Part shown: positions 22,895-35,143 of the stretch, in pieces
Position numbering within the stretch: the first letter of the stretch is position 1
Layout of the letters: the number at the start of each line of letters is the position of its first letter
Origin: Nemertoderma westbladi
Taxonomy: Eukaryota; Animalia; Xenacoelomorpha
Length of the DNA: 64,000 nucleotides
Direction: 5' to 3'
NCBI GenBank assembly: GCA_032718475.1
Contig: JAUCBJ010008532.1
Span: 17,608 to 81,607 of the forward strand
The notes under the pieces: model-generated
Seen by the model: only the letters and a program-made list of their open reading frames with translations
Database searches by the model: none
Told to the model about the DNA's origin: nothing
Program-made: the position numbers and the translations under genes

Positions 22895-24462
22895 GACCCT
22901 ACTACTCCGGCTGCTTGCTTCCGACCATTCTGATTTCAAGGGTTGAATTACCCTAATATTTAAGAGCTCATTGAGGCAGGCCTTAGCTGTTATGAGTTTG
23001 TCTGGGGCAAGGCGTCTAGGTTTGCACTGAATTGGAGGGCCAGTTGTCTTGATAGAGAACTCTATAGTAGACAGAGCTTGTTTGTGATAATCCAGGGGTT
23101 GGACAGTTTGTTTGTTCTTTTGAGCAGTTGATTTAACAGTGCCTGGGATTACTAGAAAACTCTGGAGTCCGAGGATTTTTACATTGCTTGGGAGTAGTAG
23201 TAACAGTGGTGGAGTTCGTGGAGAGACCAGTTATTGAATCTAAGATTTGTGAGTTTGCACAATCGAAGAGCAAGTTATGAAGTGCCAGAAAATTTGCACC
23301 AAGGATTGGGTGGATAACTTCTACGACAACAAATCGATGGTGGAAAATGCGACGTATCTTATTGAGTTTGACAGATGCATTTACGAGACCAAGGGCAGGA
23401 ATAAGGTGACCGTCAGCTGCTGTAAGTGTATGCGTAAATGAATATATATTGGAACACATTGAGGGTAATGGCCACTGATCTTTGAAAATTAGCACCAATG
23501 GGTGGATTGTTTCACCCGGGAACCACAAAAGATATGAGACTTTGGGGCGTTGGTTGGCGGAGAATGGTGTCAGGGTGTGTGGTCTGTACAAATATTCTGG
23601 ATTATTGTATCCATGAGGCTGCTAGCGATCGCGATTAGGCGTTGGATTGTGGGAAAAAGGGCGGGACATTGGTCGAACATGATAATCACTGCGGATTCTT
23701 TTAGACTCATGATGGTTATGTTGCAGAACATTCACTGGGTAGGAAGGTCGAGGATGCATCGCTGTTGCTGCAACAACAGTGTCAGTGATTTTGAGGAAGT
23801 CATCCAGTCGATTCACATCCTGGGTAGCAAGAGTGGAATGAGCTGAATCAGTAAGCATTGCCTCAATGAGCCGTGCAATTATTTCCTGTTCCCTCCTCTT
23901 CGGCATATCAGCAGCATTGGCTAACAATTTAATTCGTTGGATGGCAGAAGATGAGTGTTCTCCTTCCTGAAGTGTAAAAGAAGCGATGGCCTTTCGAATC
24001 AGTTCAAATTTCGATTCACCGAGTGAGTTTTTTGTGTAACTCCTTCACCTTGTCGTAGGTTTTGATATCAGAAGAAGACATGAATGCAGCATGCTCTGTT
24101 GGCAACTTGGTAAACAGAAGGTTAATCCGATCCTCATCGCTAGTTTTTTCCATGGAGAAACACGCCTCCAACTGGAGGAACCAAAATACCAGGTTGCTGT
24201 GGACAGAGGGGTGGGTTCCCATGATCCCACCCTTAAAGTGGTGGGAAGTCATGATTATGTCGTAGTCGTTGATTGGTGAATTAGAGTTCGAGTGTCACCA
24301 GTGTAATGGGTTGACACTCAGAGTAAATAAAATAACATAAATGTGAATGCAAAATATTGAAAATACGAAGATATATTCTGATAAAGAAGAATACAGATGT
24401 ATTGCAGTACCGCGGTAGGATGAAAGTTAAAGTATCTTAGTTATACCGGTAGGCTCTTATAT
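22895..24462 (-). mobile_element. Degenerate Gypsy/Ty3 element: part of 5' LTR, PBS, gag, protease, start of RT
   Basis: LTR end ..ATTACA at 24302 then TGGTGACAC PBS (tRNA-Trp-like); gag WFLQLEACF; protease LTAADG..HRFVV..PILGANFL..HNLLFDC; pre-RT IKTTGPPIQCKPRRLAPDKL; frameshifted and truncated. Confidence 0.85.
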
Positions 24463-24627
24463 GGGTTTGTGCTTAACGCGTATGTGTACGTATTTGTACG
24501 TATTCTGCACAGTTCCCGTAGCATACCGTATGCTACGGGAAGTTGTCGAAATTGGTATGTTGTACCTATTTTGACCAATTTCCATAGCATACGGTATGCT
24601 ACGGCAATTCCATTATTTTGAGTTATA

Positions 24628-24700
24628 ATGGCTACGCGGTGTAGTGGTTAATCATTGTGTAGCTTATGACCCATGTCCTGGGTTCGACACCAACCTCGGA
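24628..24700 (+). other. tRNA-like/SINE-head sequence in the MULE subterminal region
   Basis: A-box-like GCGGTGTAGTGGTTA and B-box-like GGGTTCGACACC at tRNA spacing; no convincing cloverleaf. Confidence 0.4.
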
Positions 24701-25566
24701 TTAAGTATATTTTTTATTTATATTTTTTAAAACTGTGAATTCTGCCGTGCAATGTGAAAAGACCATAAGTCGCATAAGTGCTACAAGGGTAAAAGACCGT
24801 AAGTGCCTTAATTAAGTCAACAAGACTTGCGCTTTTTTGTCATTGCATAAATAATAAGAAAACGTACATACGTTTTTATTGAAATTGGTGTCTTTTAACT
24901 TGCGGTTTTTAAGTTTATTCTAACTTTAAATATTACATAATGAGCCCAGTAATGTGGGGAGTGGGGAGAGCCACGAGGGCCGACTGTCATGTGGGGGTGG
25001 GCCGTGCCCACAGTTTAGTATGGACCAGATCGGCAATGTTCATCTATCCGTCCGTCTATCTGCCTCAATGTTTAAATGTCACTATCTCAGCATCGGCGAG
25101 GTCAAATTTGTTGAAATGTGGTACTGTATGCGTGAAGTAAACGAAAAGTTCAGGAAGTCAGGATTTTAAATCGCGTTTCCATAGCAAATGGTTGATTTTA
25201 AATTTTAAAGAATTTTAAACAGCAAATTTAAAACTAACAGCTTATTCATTACTGCATTATAGCGCAATCAATCATGCAAGGGTTGAGTCATACAAAACTA
25301 ACTTGAATGACGGGGTTTTGTGGGTAGAAAAATATAAGATAAATAATATAAAACAAAGTTAGTATATGCGGCTGTATAGTATAAGCACAATAACGAAATA
25401 AGAACATATGATGTTTAACAATTCAACAAGGAATTTAACAAGTAACAAAATAACGAAAATAACACTTTCGAAAAAAACTAACGAAATGTTCAATAGGAGC
25501 ATAGTTTGGCGTAGCTTAGCAACCAGTTCATAGTCCACTCGATGGCGAAACAGAAGCAGCGATTGT

Positions 25567-28127
25567 TCAGTTGCAGATAATTCCAATCCCGTGTTTTTCC
25601 ATTGATTTAAAGTCATCAGGTGTTAGAAGTTCCTTAGCTGCTGAGGATATTTTAATTTCGTTGAGGTCCTTGCAACAGAGTTCATTAAAGTGGAGATATT
25701 GGAACCCCGGTTTGGTTTGTATCTGTCCGCCAACTGAAAACGACAACATCGCCCAACACTTCACAATGGTTGCATCCGATTGCTTAAAGTTGTATGAGCA
25801 GGTGTGACACATACGTGCAGAGCTGGATGTACGAGGAATTAGCTCAGGGACTGAGGTAAACGAACTACCACAACCTCCGGACTGCACTAGCGGTGCTCTA
25901 CCTCCACGTCTATGCGCAGATGGCTTCTTACCCGAGCCACAGACCACTGAAGCAATATTCGAAATATTTTTGGAAAATGTTCTCTTTATAGTAACATTTA
26001 TGGCGTTTCACATCTCGGCCAAGGAATTTGTGTGCAGACCAGTGGCAATAACATGCGAACAAACCTTGCTCGCTCTATAGCCCAAACACACGCATGAAAA
26101 GGTAACTCCATTTTTTTTACCGTGCTTCTGCTTTTTAACGTAATGGACCTTACGCTCTAGCTTAGAACGCACAATAACATCGCCATTGTTCATCCCGACT
26201 ACACGATTTACAGACTATTTACCCGAAGCTACAATAGAAGCAACTAGTGACGCTGACAGACCACTGTCTATCAAATCTTCAGAATACTTTTGTAACACAT
26301 CATGTTCCTCCGAATTATTGGGTTCATTTTCAACAACTTCCTGAGCTGGTGTTACAGGTATATATGAACATGAAGGGCCAGATAGTGAGTCCTGGTTTTC
26401 CTGGTCTATACGGACAGGAGTCGGTGATTCACCCACATCTAATAGAATAACATCATCTTTATCTCCAACAAGAAAGTACACAGGATCGTCCTGCATCACA
26501 ACTGGTACACAATCATTCGGATTATAATTATCAACAGAGGTTGCTGTAGAATCGAGTGGTTCGTTTAGAAAATGCTTCTGGTACTCATGACTGATTTTCT
26601 TTATACGTTTCATATACAACCACATACGTTCCTCGTCATCTAGTTTGAAGTATTCGGACTCATTTAATTGAAACTGCTGTAAATAGCTCTTAAGTCTGTA
26701 CTTAGATCCCACTCCCAATAAACCTCTAACTACATCATCCATCTGCGATGATACTGCCTTCTTGATCGCCTGAATTGCCTCATCTACCGGTAGGCCAGTT
26801 GTAAAACGTTTAATAATACTGTTCATGCTCTCACTCTGCTGATTGTAGAGCAAACGCCGATCGCGGAAATGCAACAATCCTATGTTGCAATGGTACGGAT
26901 TTCATTGAATATATTCGTCAGATACTCAATCACTCTGCAGTCCAATTTTTCTAGAAGGTAGTTGTCCATGAGCGCATTCCAATCTGCTTCGACTTCATCT
27001 GAAAGAATGACCCTGTTGACATCTTGCTTAATGCGTGTAATTTCAGATTTATTTAATCCACATTTGTGGGCCTTGTCAGCAATATTTTCCAACAAGTGTT
27101 CCAAACCACGTATATGAACTGCAAAAGGGAATAATAAACCCAATGCATTTACAATAGCTTGTTCTCCGTCTGTAGTATAGTGCACCAGGTCTCTAGCTAA
27201 GCTTGTATCGGCTAAGGGGGACAACATCCGTCTATAGCAGAGTTCTTCCTTCGATGGTATCAACTCACCTGGTCCTATTAATACAGGATCTCCTTCGAAA
27301 ATTGGATACCGATATGATGAAAAGAAACCCCAGCAACATTGAGAAATATTAAATACGGTATCAGCTCCTAGCGAAAATGCCCCGGGCCCAGAACAAAATA
27401 GCTGAACTTCTGTAAGTTGACGATTGGTATATAACTGATATAAAAAACCAGAATCCAGATATGAACATTCACGAATAAAACGTGTTGGGTCTTCTTCATT
27501 GGATTTCATTATAAGTATATTTGTATGAGGATCTATATTTTGAATGCGGCGTTTCATGCCCGTAACGTGACGAGAAGTAACATTCGACGAGAAACTTGAA
27601 GTATTAAACATTCCAGTTCCCAATGTTGCATTTATTGACGCAGCAGCTACTGATGGTTTAATTCTATTGCCCAGAACAGAACAGACATTTTCAATGGCAT
27701 CAAGTGCTGTCCCACTTAGCACATGGTGCTTTTTCTTCAGCACATCCTCCTGCCCGTCATCATTAAACCCATCGTTTTCATCAGATTTATCCTTCCTTGA
27801 AAAAAGACTTAGGTACCGATCGTTGCGGCCGCTTCCATATACAATGGTTTGCTGAATTCCTGTATGACCACAATAGTACACAACGCGGGTCACTTCCTGT
27901 CCATCAATAACTTTCTTAGCATCCATGCGATAATACTTCATATGAAGTCCTTTCCCAACAATACCGACAGGTTTAAACGTGGTAACCACCCCCAAAGGCA
28001 AGGGATGCATATCGACAGTAACATTAGGAAGCTCCAAAGAAACATTGTCATAATTATCTCTTAATATGTTAAGTAACGTCCTCGTATAAAGGAGTTTCGA
28101 TCTCGATCTGTTGAAGATCAACAGCAC
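25567..28127 (-). pseudogene. MULE transposase with SWIM zinc finger, disrupted
   Basis: ADTVFNI, TTDGEQAIVNAL, GLEH and SESMNSIIK match the MULE DDE core; SWIM CVCLGYRASKVCSH; one frameshift near 26880 and two in-frame stops. Confidence 0.85.
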
Positions 28128-29507
28128 TCCAGTCCTTCGACATCGTATAGTTATACGGGTATCTAATACTGTTACGTATCAGTATATTGTTAGAATTGTT
28201 GCAGTTCACCTATCACTGCTATCAGCCTATATGATTATACAGTTATATGTTATTATCAATTTAATTAGACGGCACTTGTGTCAAATAGGGGACCCTCATA
28301 ACCTGCTAATCCTGAAATCACTAAAGGAGCAGTTAGTAAAAGAGCAGGTTACAGAGGCGAATTGAAAGGAACCAAAACAATAAATGAGAGTTAAGAATAT
28401 TGTTATCACCTGCTAAATACCAGGACAAGCAGGTGATTTCAGTTAGCAGATTAGGAGGGTCCCCTACAGTCCCAATCCCAATAAACATTAACTTGGTCAT
28501 TTTGGCGGCCAAAACGACCAAAATGGCCAAATATAAATTGCGGCATTCATGAAAGGAACTTCTGAGGCAAGTTGGCTTGTCAATCACAGCCAGTGAATAG
28601 AGGCTGAGTGGAAAGTAAAGCCCAGGATGTTGGCAGATAGAAAAAGGCTTCGATTTCCGGACATTCCCTCACCAAACCCCCCCCCCCCCCCCCCCCCCCC
28701 CGTTCCGTTTGAGTAGGACACTACTGTTTTATATTTAGCACGTTTATTTTTCATTTTGTAAGGTAAACGGACCGCTTGTATCCAGAAAAGTTGTACAGTA
28801 TCCAATTTCCCTTTCTTAGCTCAGAAATTAATATTTTGCATCCCGATTTTACATTTTGTATCCACGTTTTATTTATGTATTCAATTACACTGTATTGTTT
28901 GCTAATCTTTAAACAATTAATTAGATGACCTATATATTCCATCTGTTTCTCCTGTTCAAAGCAAAATCTAATCATGAATACTTTTTCACTGTAACTCGTA
29001 ACTCAACCAATTGGTCCTTTTTCGAAGAAATCGTACATGGGCATTTTGGAGCTAACGTATTTAGGTAAAGCTCTATTGTAGGCTGTGGCTCTGTTTAAGC
29101 TTAGCTGAGCCAAGACGACAGACATTAGGATGGGAACACGAACAAACCATATTATCCTTCCCCTATTCATTTCAATGGTAACCAGCTTGTCTTTCCCGCA
29201 CTGGGGGTAGACCATTGCCATTGGGTAAGCTGAATGCTATTGTAATACAAAGAGAGCGGCAGGATAAAGAGAAATGCCGACCTCACTAATAATGGGCTGG
29301 TCCCACAGGTCACTTTAAGGTAGGTGGTACAGTAGGTACTACAGTTTACATGTTCAAGGGCGCCAGTCCCTAGTCGCTAGCCCATAGTCTGTCATGGAGT
29401 TCCTGTAGTAGTTTCAGACGCTTTCACTCAGTATCCTAGTGTCCAGGAAGTTGGGAGTTGAGTGTGGGTGGGTGGATTTGGTGGCCCCCACGCAACACCG
29501 CAGTGTC

Positions 29508-29910
29508 GGATGACTACAAAACAAAGACCAACGACCCAAATAATAAAGACCTGTACAAATACAAAACGCATGTGTTAACTTTCGTTTATTGTTTTGGTTC
29601 CCCAACACGCCTCTGTAACCTGCTTCTTTACTAACCTGCTCCTTTAAATGGCAATGTGATCTCACGCTCTCTGGCAATGGGACCTAAAGCTCTTTGGAAC
29701 CTAACGCTCTTTGGGACGTAACGCGACTTTACCTCTTTGTTTTGTACAGGTCACAATGAGCGTTATGTACCATTGCTATTTAAAGGAGCAGGTTAGTAAA
29801 GGAGCAAGTTACAGAGGCGTGACGGGGGATTCAAAACAATTAACGAACGTTAACACATGTAACAAGATTATGCAGGTCTTTATAATTGGGTCTTTGTTTT
29901 GTAGTCACCC
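29508..29910. mobile_element. MULE-type MITE
   Basis: Imperfect TIRs of about 150 bp (GGATGACTACAAAACAAAGACC / GGTCTTTGTTTTGTAGTCACCC); 9-bp TSD CGCAGTGTC. Confidence 0.85.
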
Positions 29911-30067
29911 CGCAGTGTCCGCGAATTATACATTGTAAAAAATATTAAAAAAAATGTTTATTATAAAAAAAAATATTATTGAAATTAATTTCCGAAATTA
30001 ACATCCCGAAATTAATTTATGGGCGTCCATTAATTAGTTATTTCATTACGATTCTGATTGGTTGATA

Positions 30068-30267
30068 GATTAATTACGGGACGTCCATAAATTAATTTGG
30101 GGACATCCATAAATTAATTTCGGGACGTTCATAATTTAATTTCGGGACGTCCATAAGTTAATTTCGGGACGTCCATATATTATAGTTAATTTCGGGACGT
30201 CCATAAATTAATTTCGGGACGTCCATAAATTAATTTCGGGATGTCCATAAATTAATTTCGGGACGTT
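30068..30267. repeat. 22-bp minisatellite
   Basis: Repeated AATTAATTTCGGGACGTCCATA. Confidence 0.9.
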
Positions 30268-30526
30268 CAGATTATTATACATACTCCTCCTTTAACGAAG
30301 CCCCATTCAACTCCTTTTATAAGACTGTACTCTATCAATGCCTCAGTGGGCGGACTCCAGTACTGCAAGGCTCAGCGCCAGGTAAGTTAACAATCTGTCA
30401 ATAATAAAAATGAAAGCGAGCCGACATTTAGTCAGATCCACCAAATGGATGGCCAAGGAGACAGACTGTCTGGATTGAGCTGATTCGAGTCCAGGTTGGA
30501 ATTTATGTAGAGTTTGCTCAACATGT

Positions 30527-30645
30527 GTGGCGCGGATTAAGGATCCTGGCGCGTAGTGACAGGGGCGTGTGGCGCGGATTAAGGATCCCGGCGCGTAGTG
30601 ACAGGGGCGTGTGGCGCGCATTGAGGATCCTGGCGGTCCTGGCGC
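30527..30645. repeat. 42-bp GC-rich tandem repeat
   Basis: GTGGCGCGGATTAAGGATCCTGGCGCGTAGTGACAGGGGCGT, about 2.5 copies. Confidence 0.85.
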
Positions 30646-31034
30646 GAATATGGATGTAGGGTTAGGTTAGGACAGTAGGAGGTAGCGTAGCAGTGCACTA
30701 GCAACACATCCCACTCTACAGCTCTATTTCAGTATTTGAAATTATTCCATAGGTTTATAAAGATCGAAAAATGTCCGCTCGCTTCGCTCGCGTTTATACT
30801 ATAACTGTATAAGTCTACTCTTAGCACTGTTTGGCTGTGGACAAATGGAAACGGACAGATTGAGCATGACCATTAAAAACATGACTTGTTTCAAAAGTTT
30901 TTCAATTGTCAGATTCTTCAAACCAATAAAACCATGACAGCCTGCATGATTCAGCAGAATTTCCGTGCTCGCTACGCTCGCCAGCTCGCAATTTCATGAC
31001 ATCTGCATTTCTGCATTTGAAAACAGTCGGTTTG

Positions 31035-33339
31035 TATGGTGGCTGATTTAGGCCACATTTAATTTAATTTTTTTTCGAAGAGGATTAAGAAAAAAAATAA
31101 ACTAAATTATATTATTTAGGGGATTAAGAAAACAGAAACAAATTAAACTAAATTATGCGAATATTGATTTCTGATTGGTTGAAAAAATAAATAAACTAAA
31201 TTAAGTTATTTCTGATTGGTTTAAAAAATAAATAAACTAAATTAACTGTATTTCTGATTGGTTGAAAAAATAAATAAACTAAATTAAGTATATTTCTGAT
31301 TGGTTGAAAAAATAAATAAACTAAATTAAGTTATTTCTGATTGGTTAAAAAAATAAATAAACTAAATTAACTGTATTTCTGATTGGTTGAAAAAATAAAT
31401 GAACTAAATTAAGTTATTTCTGATTGGTTGAAAAAATAAATAAACTAAATTAAGTTATTTCTGATTGGTTAAAAAAATAAATTAACTAAATTAACTGTAT
31501 TTCTGATTGGTTGAAAAAATAAATAAACTAAATTAAGTTATTTCTGATTGGTTGAAAAGATAAATAAACTAAATTAAGTTATTTCTGATTGGTTGAAAAA
31601 ATAAATAAACTAAATTAAGGGAGGTTTCTGATTGGTTGAAAAAATAAATAAACTAAATTAAGTATATTTCTGATTGGTTGAAAAAATAAATAAACTAAAT
31701 TAAGTTATTTCTGATTGGTTAAAAAAATAAATAAACTAAATTAACTGTATTTCTGATTGGTTGAAAATCTAGATAAACTAAATTATACAGTCTGACAAGA
31801 GGCTAGTCAGATATTGGACTACTGCTTTAGTCAGTGTAGTTAGTTGGAGTGGAGTCATGTACTATCTTACCCGGTACTGTTGTTAGATTATGACTCCTAC
31901 GGCATGCTACTTGTTGATCAGTATATTTACCATGTCGTCCAGTCTTACAGAAGGGTTGGATCAGTATGCAAAGTTACTAGAGGATTACTTTCGGAAGGGT
32001 TACCAGCATAAAGAAATATGTACTCTCCTTTCTAGTAATGATGGATTCCCAGTGACTTCTTCTAGGACTGTAAAGATAGTAAATACTACTTTACTGATAA
32101 GTAAAGATATGAACACGAGTGGCCTTGGTTATAGGCAAATGCAGAAGTTATTATTGTTAAATCATAAATTATATGTACCGAAAAAGTTAGTTGGTCAACT
32201 CCTTCATTTATTAGAACTGAACGCAGTTAGGAGAAGGATTAGTAGGAAAGTGGTCAGACGTACTTATATTTCAAAGGGCCCAAATTACTGGCACCACTAC
32301 CTGACTACTACACTACACTGCTACATGTACCAGTACTACAGTTTAACAGTAGCCTCCCTTACCATGTTGTTGGTGATTCTATTCATACATCATACAGCAG
32401 TACAGCATACAGACATAAACCACACACAGACCACGGCCAGGCAGTACTGCAGTACACCAGTACCACAAACTGGCAGTTAACCAATCAGAAATAACTTAAT
32501 TTAGTTTATTTATTTTTTCAACCAATCAAAAATAACTTAATTTAGTTTATTTATTTTTTCAACCAATCAGAAATATTTTAATTTAGTTTATTTATTTTTT
32601 CAACCAATCAGAAATATACTTAATTTAGTTTATTTATTTTTTCAACCAATCAGAAACCTCCCTTAATTTAGTTTATTTATTTTTTCAACCAATCAGAAAT
32701 ATACTTAATTTAGTTTATTTATTTTTTCAACCAATCAGAAACCTCCCTTAATTTAGTTTATTTATTTTTTCAACCAATCAGAAATAACTTAATTTTGTTT
32801 ATTTATTTTTTCAACCAATCAGACATAACTTAATTTAGTTTATTTATTTTTTCAACCAATCAGAAATACAGTTAATTTAGTTTATTTATTTTTTCAACCA
32901 ATCAGAAATATACTTCATTTAGTTTATTTATTTTTTCAACCAATCAGAAACATCCCTTAATTTAGTTTATTTATTTTTTCAACCAATCAGAAATAACTTA
33001 ATTTAGTTTATTTATTTTTTCAACCAATCAGAAATAACTTAATTTAGTTTATTTATTTTTTCAACCAATCAGAAATACAGTTAATTTAGTTTATTAATTT
33101 TTTCAACCAATCAGAAATAACTTAATTTAGTTTATTTATTTTTTCAACCAATCAGAAATATACTTAATTTAGTTTATTTATTTTTTCAACCAATCAGAAA
33201 TCAAAATCAATATTCACATAATTTAGTTTAATTTGTTTCTGTTTTCTTAATCCCCTAAATAATATAATTTAGTTTATTTTTTTCTTAATCCTCTTTGAAA
33301 AAAAAATTTAATTGAATGTGGCCTAAATCAGCCACCGTA
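31035..33339 (+). mobile_element. IS3EU-like DNA transposon with foldback arms
   Basis: Termini TATGGTGGCTGATTTAGGCCACATT / AATGTGGCCTAAATCAGCCACCGTA; perfect 6-bp TSD GGTTTG; arms built of inverted 41-42-bp tandem units. Confidence 0.88.
31932..32295 (+). pseudogene. N-terminal remnant of an IS3EU-type (Clr5-like HTH) transposase
   Basis: LEDYFRKGYQHKEI..LL, GLGYRQM..L..H.L.V, RRTYISKGPNYWH; truncated just before the catalytic core. Confidence 0.75.
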
Positions 33340-34341
33340 GGTTTGCCTACTTTAAATGCTGAAATGTTAAAATTTTCGTGCTCGCTACGCTCGCATCTTA
33401 ATCACATCCGCATTTAAAAACAGTCAGTTAGGTTGACCTACTACTACTAACTACTAACTACAGCACTATCTGACACTGACTATTACCTGATTACTGTCAG
33501 ATTGTATTTATGTTAACATAATTGGGAAATTTCCTTGCTCGCTACGCTCGCATTTTAATGTTAAAATACTGTAGGGCTACAGCATTATAAACTGATAAAT
33601 TATTACAACTGAGCAATTACTGCAAAATTTCATGGTCAATTGTTGGCTTGGCGCGCATTAGATATCATGGCTGGCGCGATTTTCGTTTAACCAGAACGCG
33701 TGTGGCGCGCTTTTTGTCAGTATTCCATATAGGATTCGAGTTAAAATCGCTTCGCCAAAACGACCAAGTAGCCCATAGGAATACACTAATTTTTTTTTGG
33801 TGATTTTGGTCATTTTGGCCGCCAAAACGACCAAGTTAATGTTTATTGGGATTGGGACTGTATTTGACACTGCTACCGCTTAACCCAAGTACAGAAGTAG
33901 CAATGCACAATGTCAATGCAGCAATGGGTACCGGTACCTATTCTTCAGTTCTTGTAGGCTAGTACTGTACTGCTGTAGTAATGTTATGGCTATGCCTGAT
34001 GCCAGTGCCAGGTACCAGGCCAGTACGAGTACATCAGTTTCAGTACCGGTACTACAGTACTACTGCAGTCTGCAGTACGCAATAGTGCAATACAGTACCT
34101 ACAGCCAGACAGCTTATCTCCACAACATGCAACTGTCTGGCAGTTGAGAACTGGCAGACTGGTTTTATGCAGGTGGTGGTCGGATTAGCCGGTCCCGGTA
34201 GCTACCTAACACTATATTAATAAGTGCACATTCTATGGGTATACGTTAGGGATTTCCCGTAGCATACCATATGCTACGGGAACTGTGCAGAATACGTACA
34301 CATACATACACATACGCGTTAAGCACAAACCCCTCTTATAT

Positions 34342-34497
34342 TCTGATAAAGAAGAATACAGATGTATTGCAGTACCGCGGTAGGATGAAAGTGAAAGTAT
34401 CTTAGTTATACCGGCAGGCTCTTATTGCAGTATGTTATTGCCACTTTATAGAGTCCAATCTTAATATGCTACGCGTAGTTTATAACAGTCCACCACA
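34342..34497 (-). repeat. Remainder of the Gypsy LTR beyond the MULE
   Basis: Continues the about 85-bp LTR unit seen at 24372-24460; plausible TG start on the minus strand near 34497 (boundary uncertain). Confidence 0.6.
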
Positions 34498-35143
34498 TGT
34501 CTCTGCAGGATTCTCTGTACTGCAATTAGATTTTGCCATAGTAGTAGGCCTCTATAATACCGTATTGCTTATTTATTTTGTGTGCATCATAGGATAGACA
34601 ATAATGCTGTGCACCTTGCGCAGCATCCTGGTATATTTACCATCCATAGACCTGGTGTCTTAAGCAGTTTGAGACAAACTGCACTCACTGCTGCAAGGAA
34701 AAAGCGTAGAATTTTAGATTTCTACTTCCTTTCTTCAGATTTCTACTTTCATGGATGGATTCGGTTCAACATATCTAATTTTGAAGGAAATCTGAAGGTT
34801 GTTAAATGTTAGGATGGATTAACATAGAAGTAAATTCTAAAATACGTAAATCTCCTGAACTTTGTAAAATAATGCGTGTTTTAACGCGCACAAACAGTAG
34901 GTCATATACATAAAATTAATTTTCCGTCAGAAGTCGATCTTCGATGACAACCGTTACCAAAAGCCAGCAACAGTAAAATTATGTATTATTATATCTTGTT
35001 GCATCGCATACTTCTGTCATTGTTTGTCAACGCCATCTACTAAAGCATCACGAATATTCCATGGATGAACATCTGAAAATCATCAACAACATTATATTAC
35101 TTGACAGCTATTTCTTGTTCATCAACATATTATTATATCATTA

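Larger units (their letters stand above)
28467..33860. mobile_element. Non-autonomous TIR element with TA target duplication (Tc1/mariner-type ends)
   Basis: TIRs CAGTCCCAATCCCAATAAACATTAACTTGGTC... of about 55 bp, flanked by TA on both sides; no transposase seen. Confidence 0.85.
28278..33870. mobile_element. MITE of about 200 bp, split by a later insertion in its right TIR
   Basis: Left TIR GTGTCAAATAGGGGACCCTC; the right TIR GAGGGTCCCCTA|TTTGACAC is restored when 28467-33862 is removed. Confidence 0.75.
24463..34332 (-). mobile_element. Mutator-like (MULE) DNA transposon inserted in the Gypsy LTR
   Basis: TIRs GGGTTTGTGCTTAACGCGTATGTG... of about 80-110 bp; perfect 9-bp TSD CTCTTATAT (24454-24462 and 34333-34341). 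Confidence 0.93.

Noticed and set aside
31160-33200. CRISPR-like look of regular 42-bp repeats (also 17960-18370 and 30068-30267)
   Set aside because: Head-to-tail units without unique spacers, no cas genes, eukaryotic context.
34960-35110. Exon-like segments tested as the missing Wnt exon (also about 37400-37500 and 18840-19100)
   Set aside because: No Wnt motifs and stops in the plausible frames.
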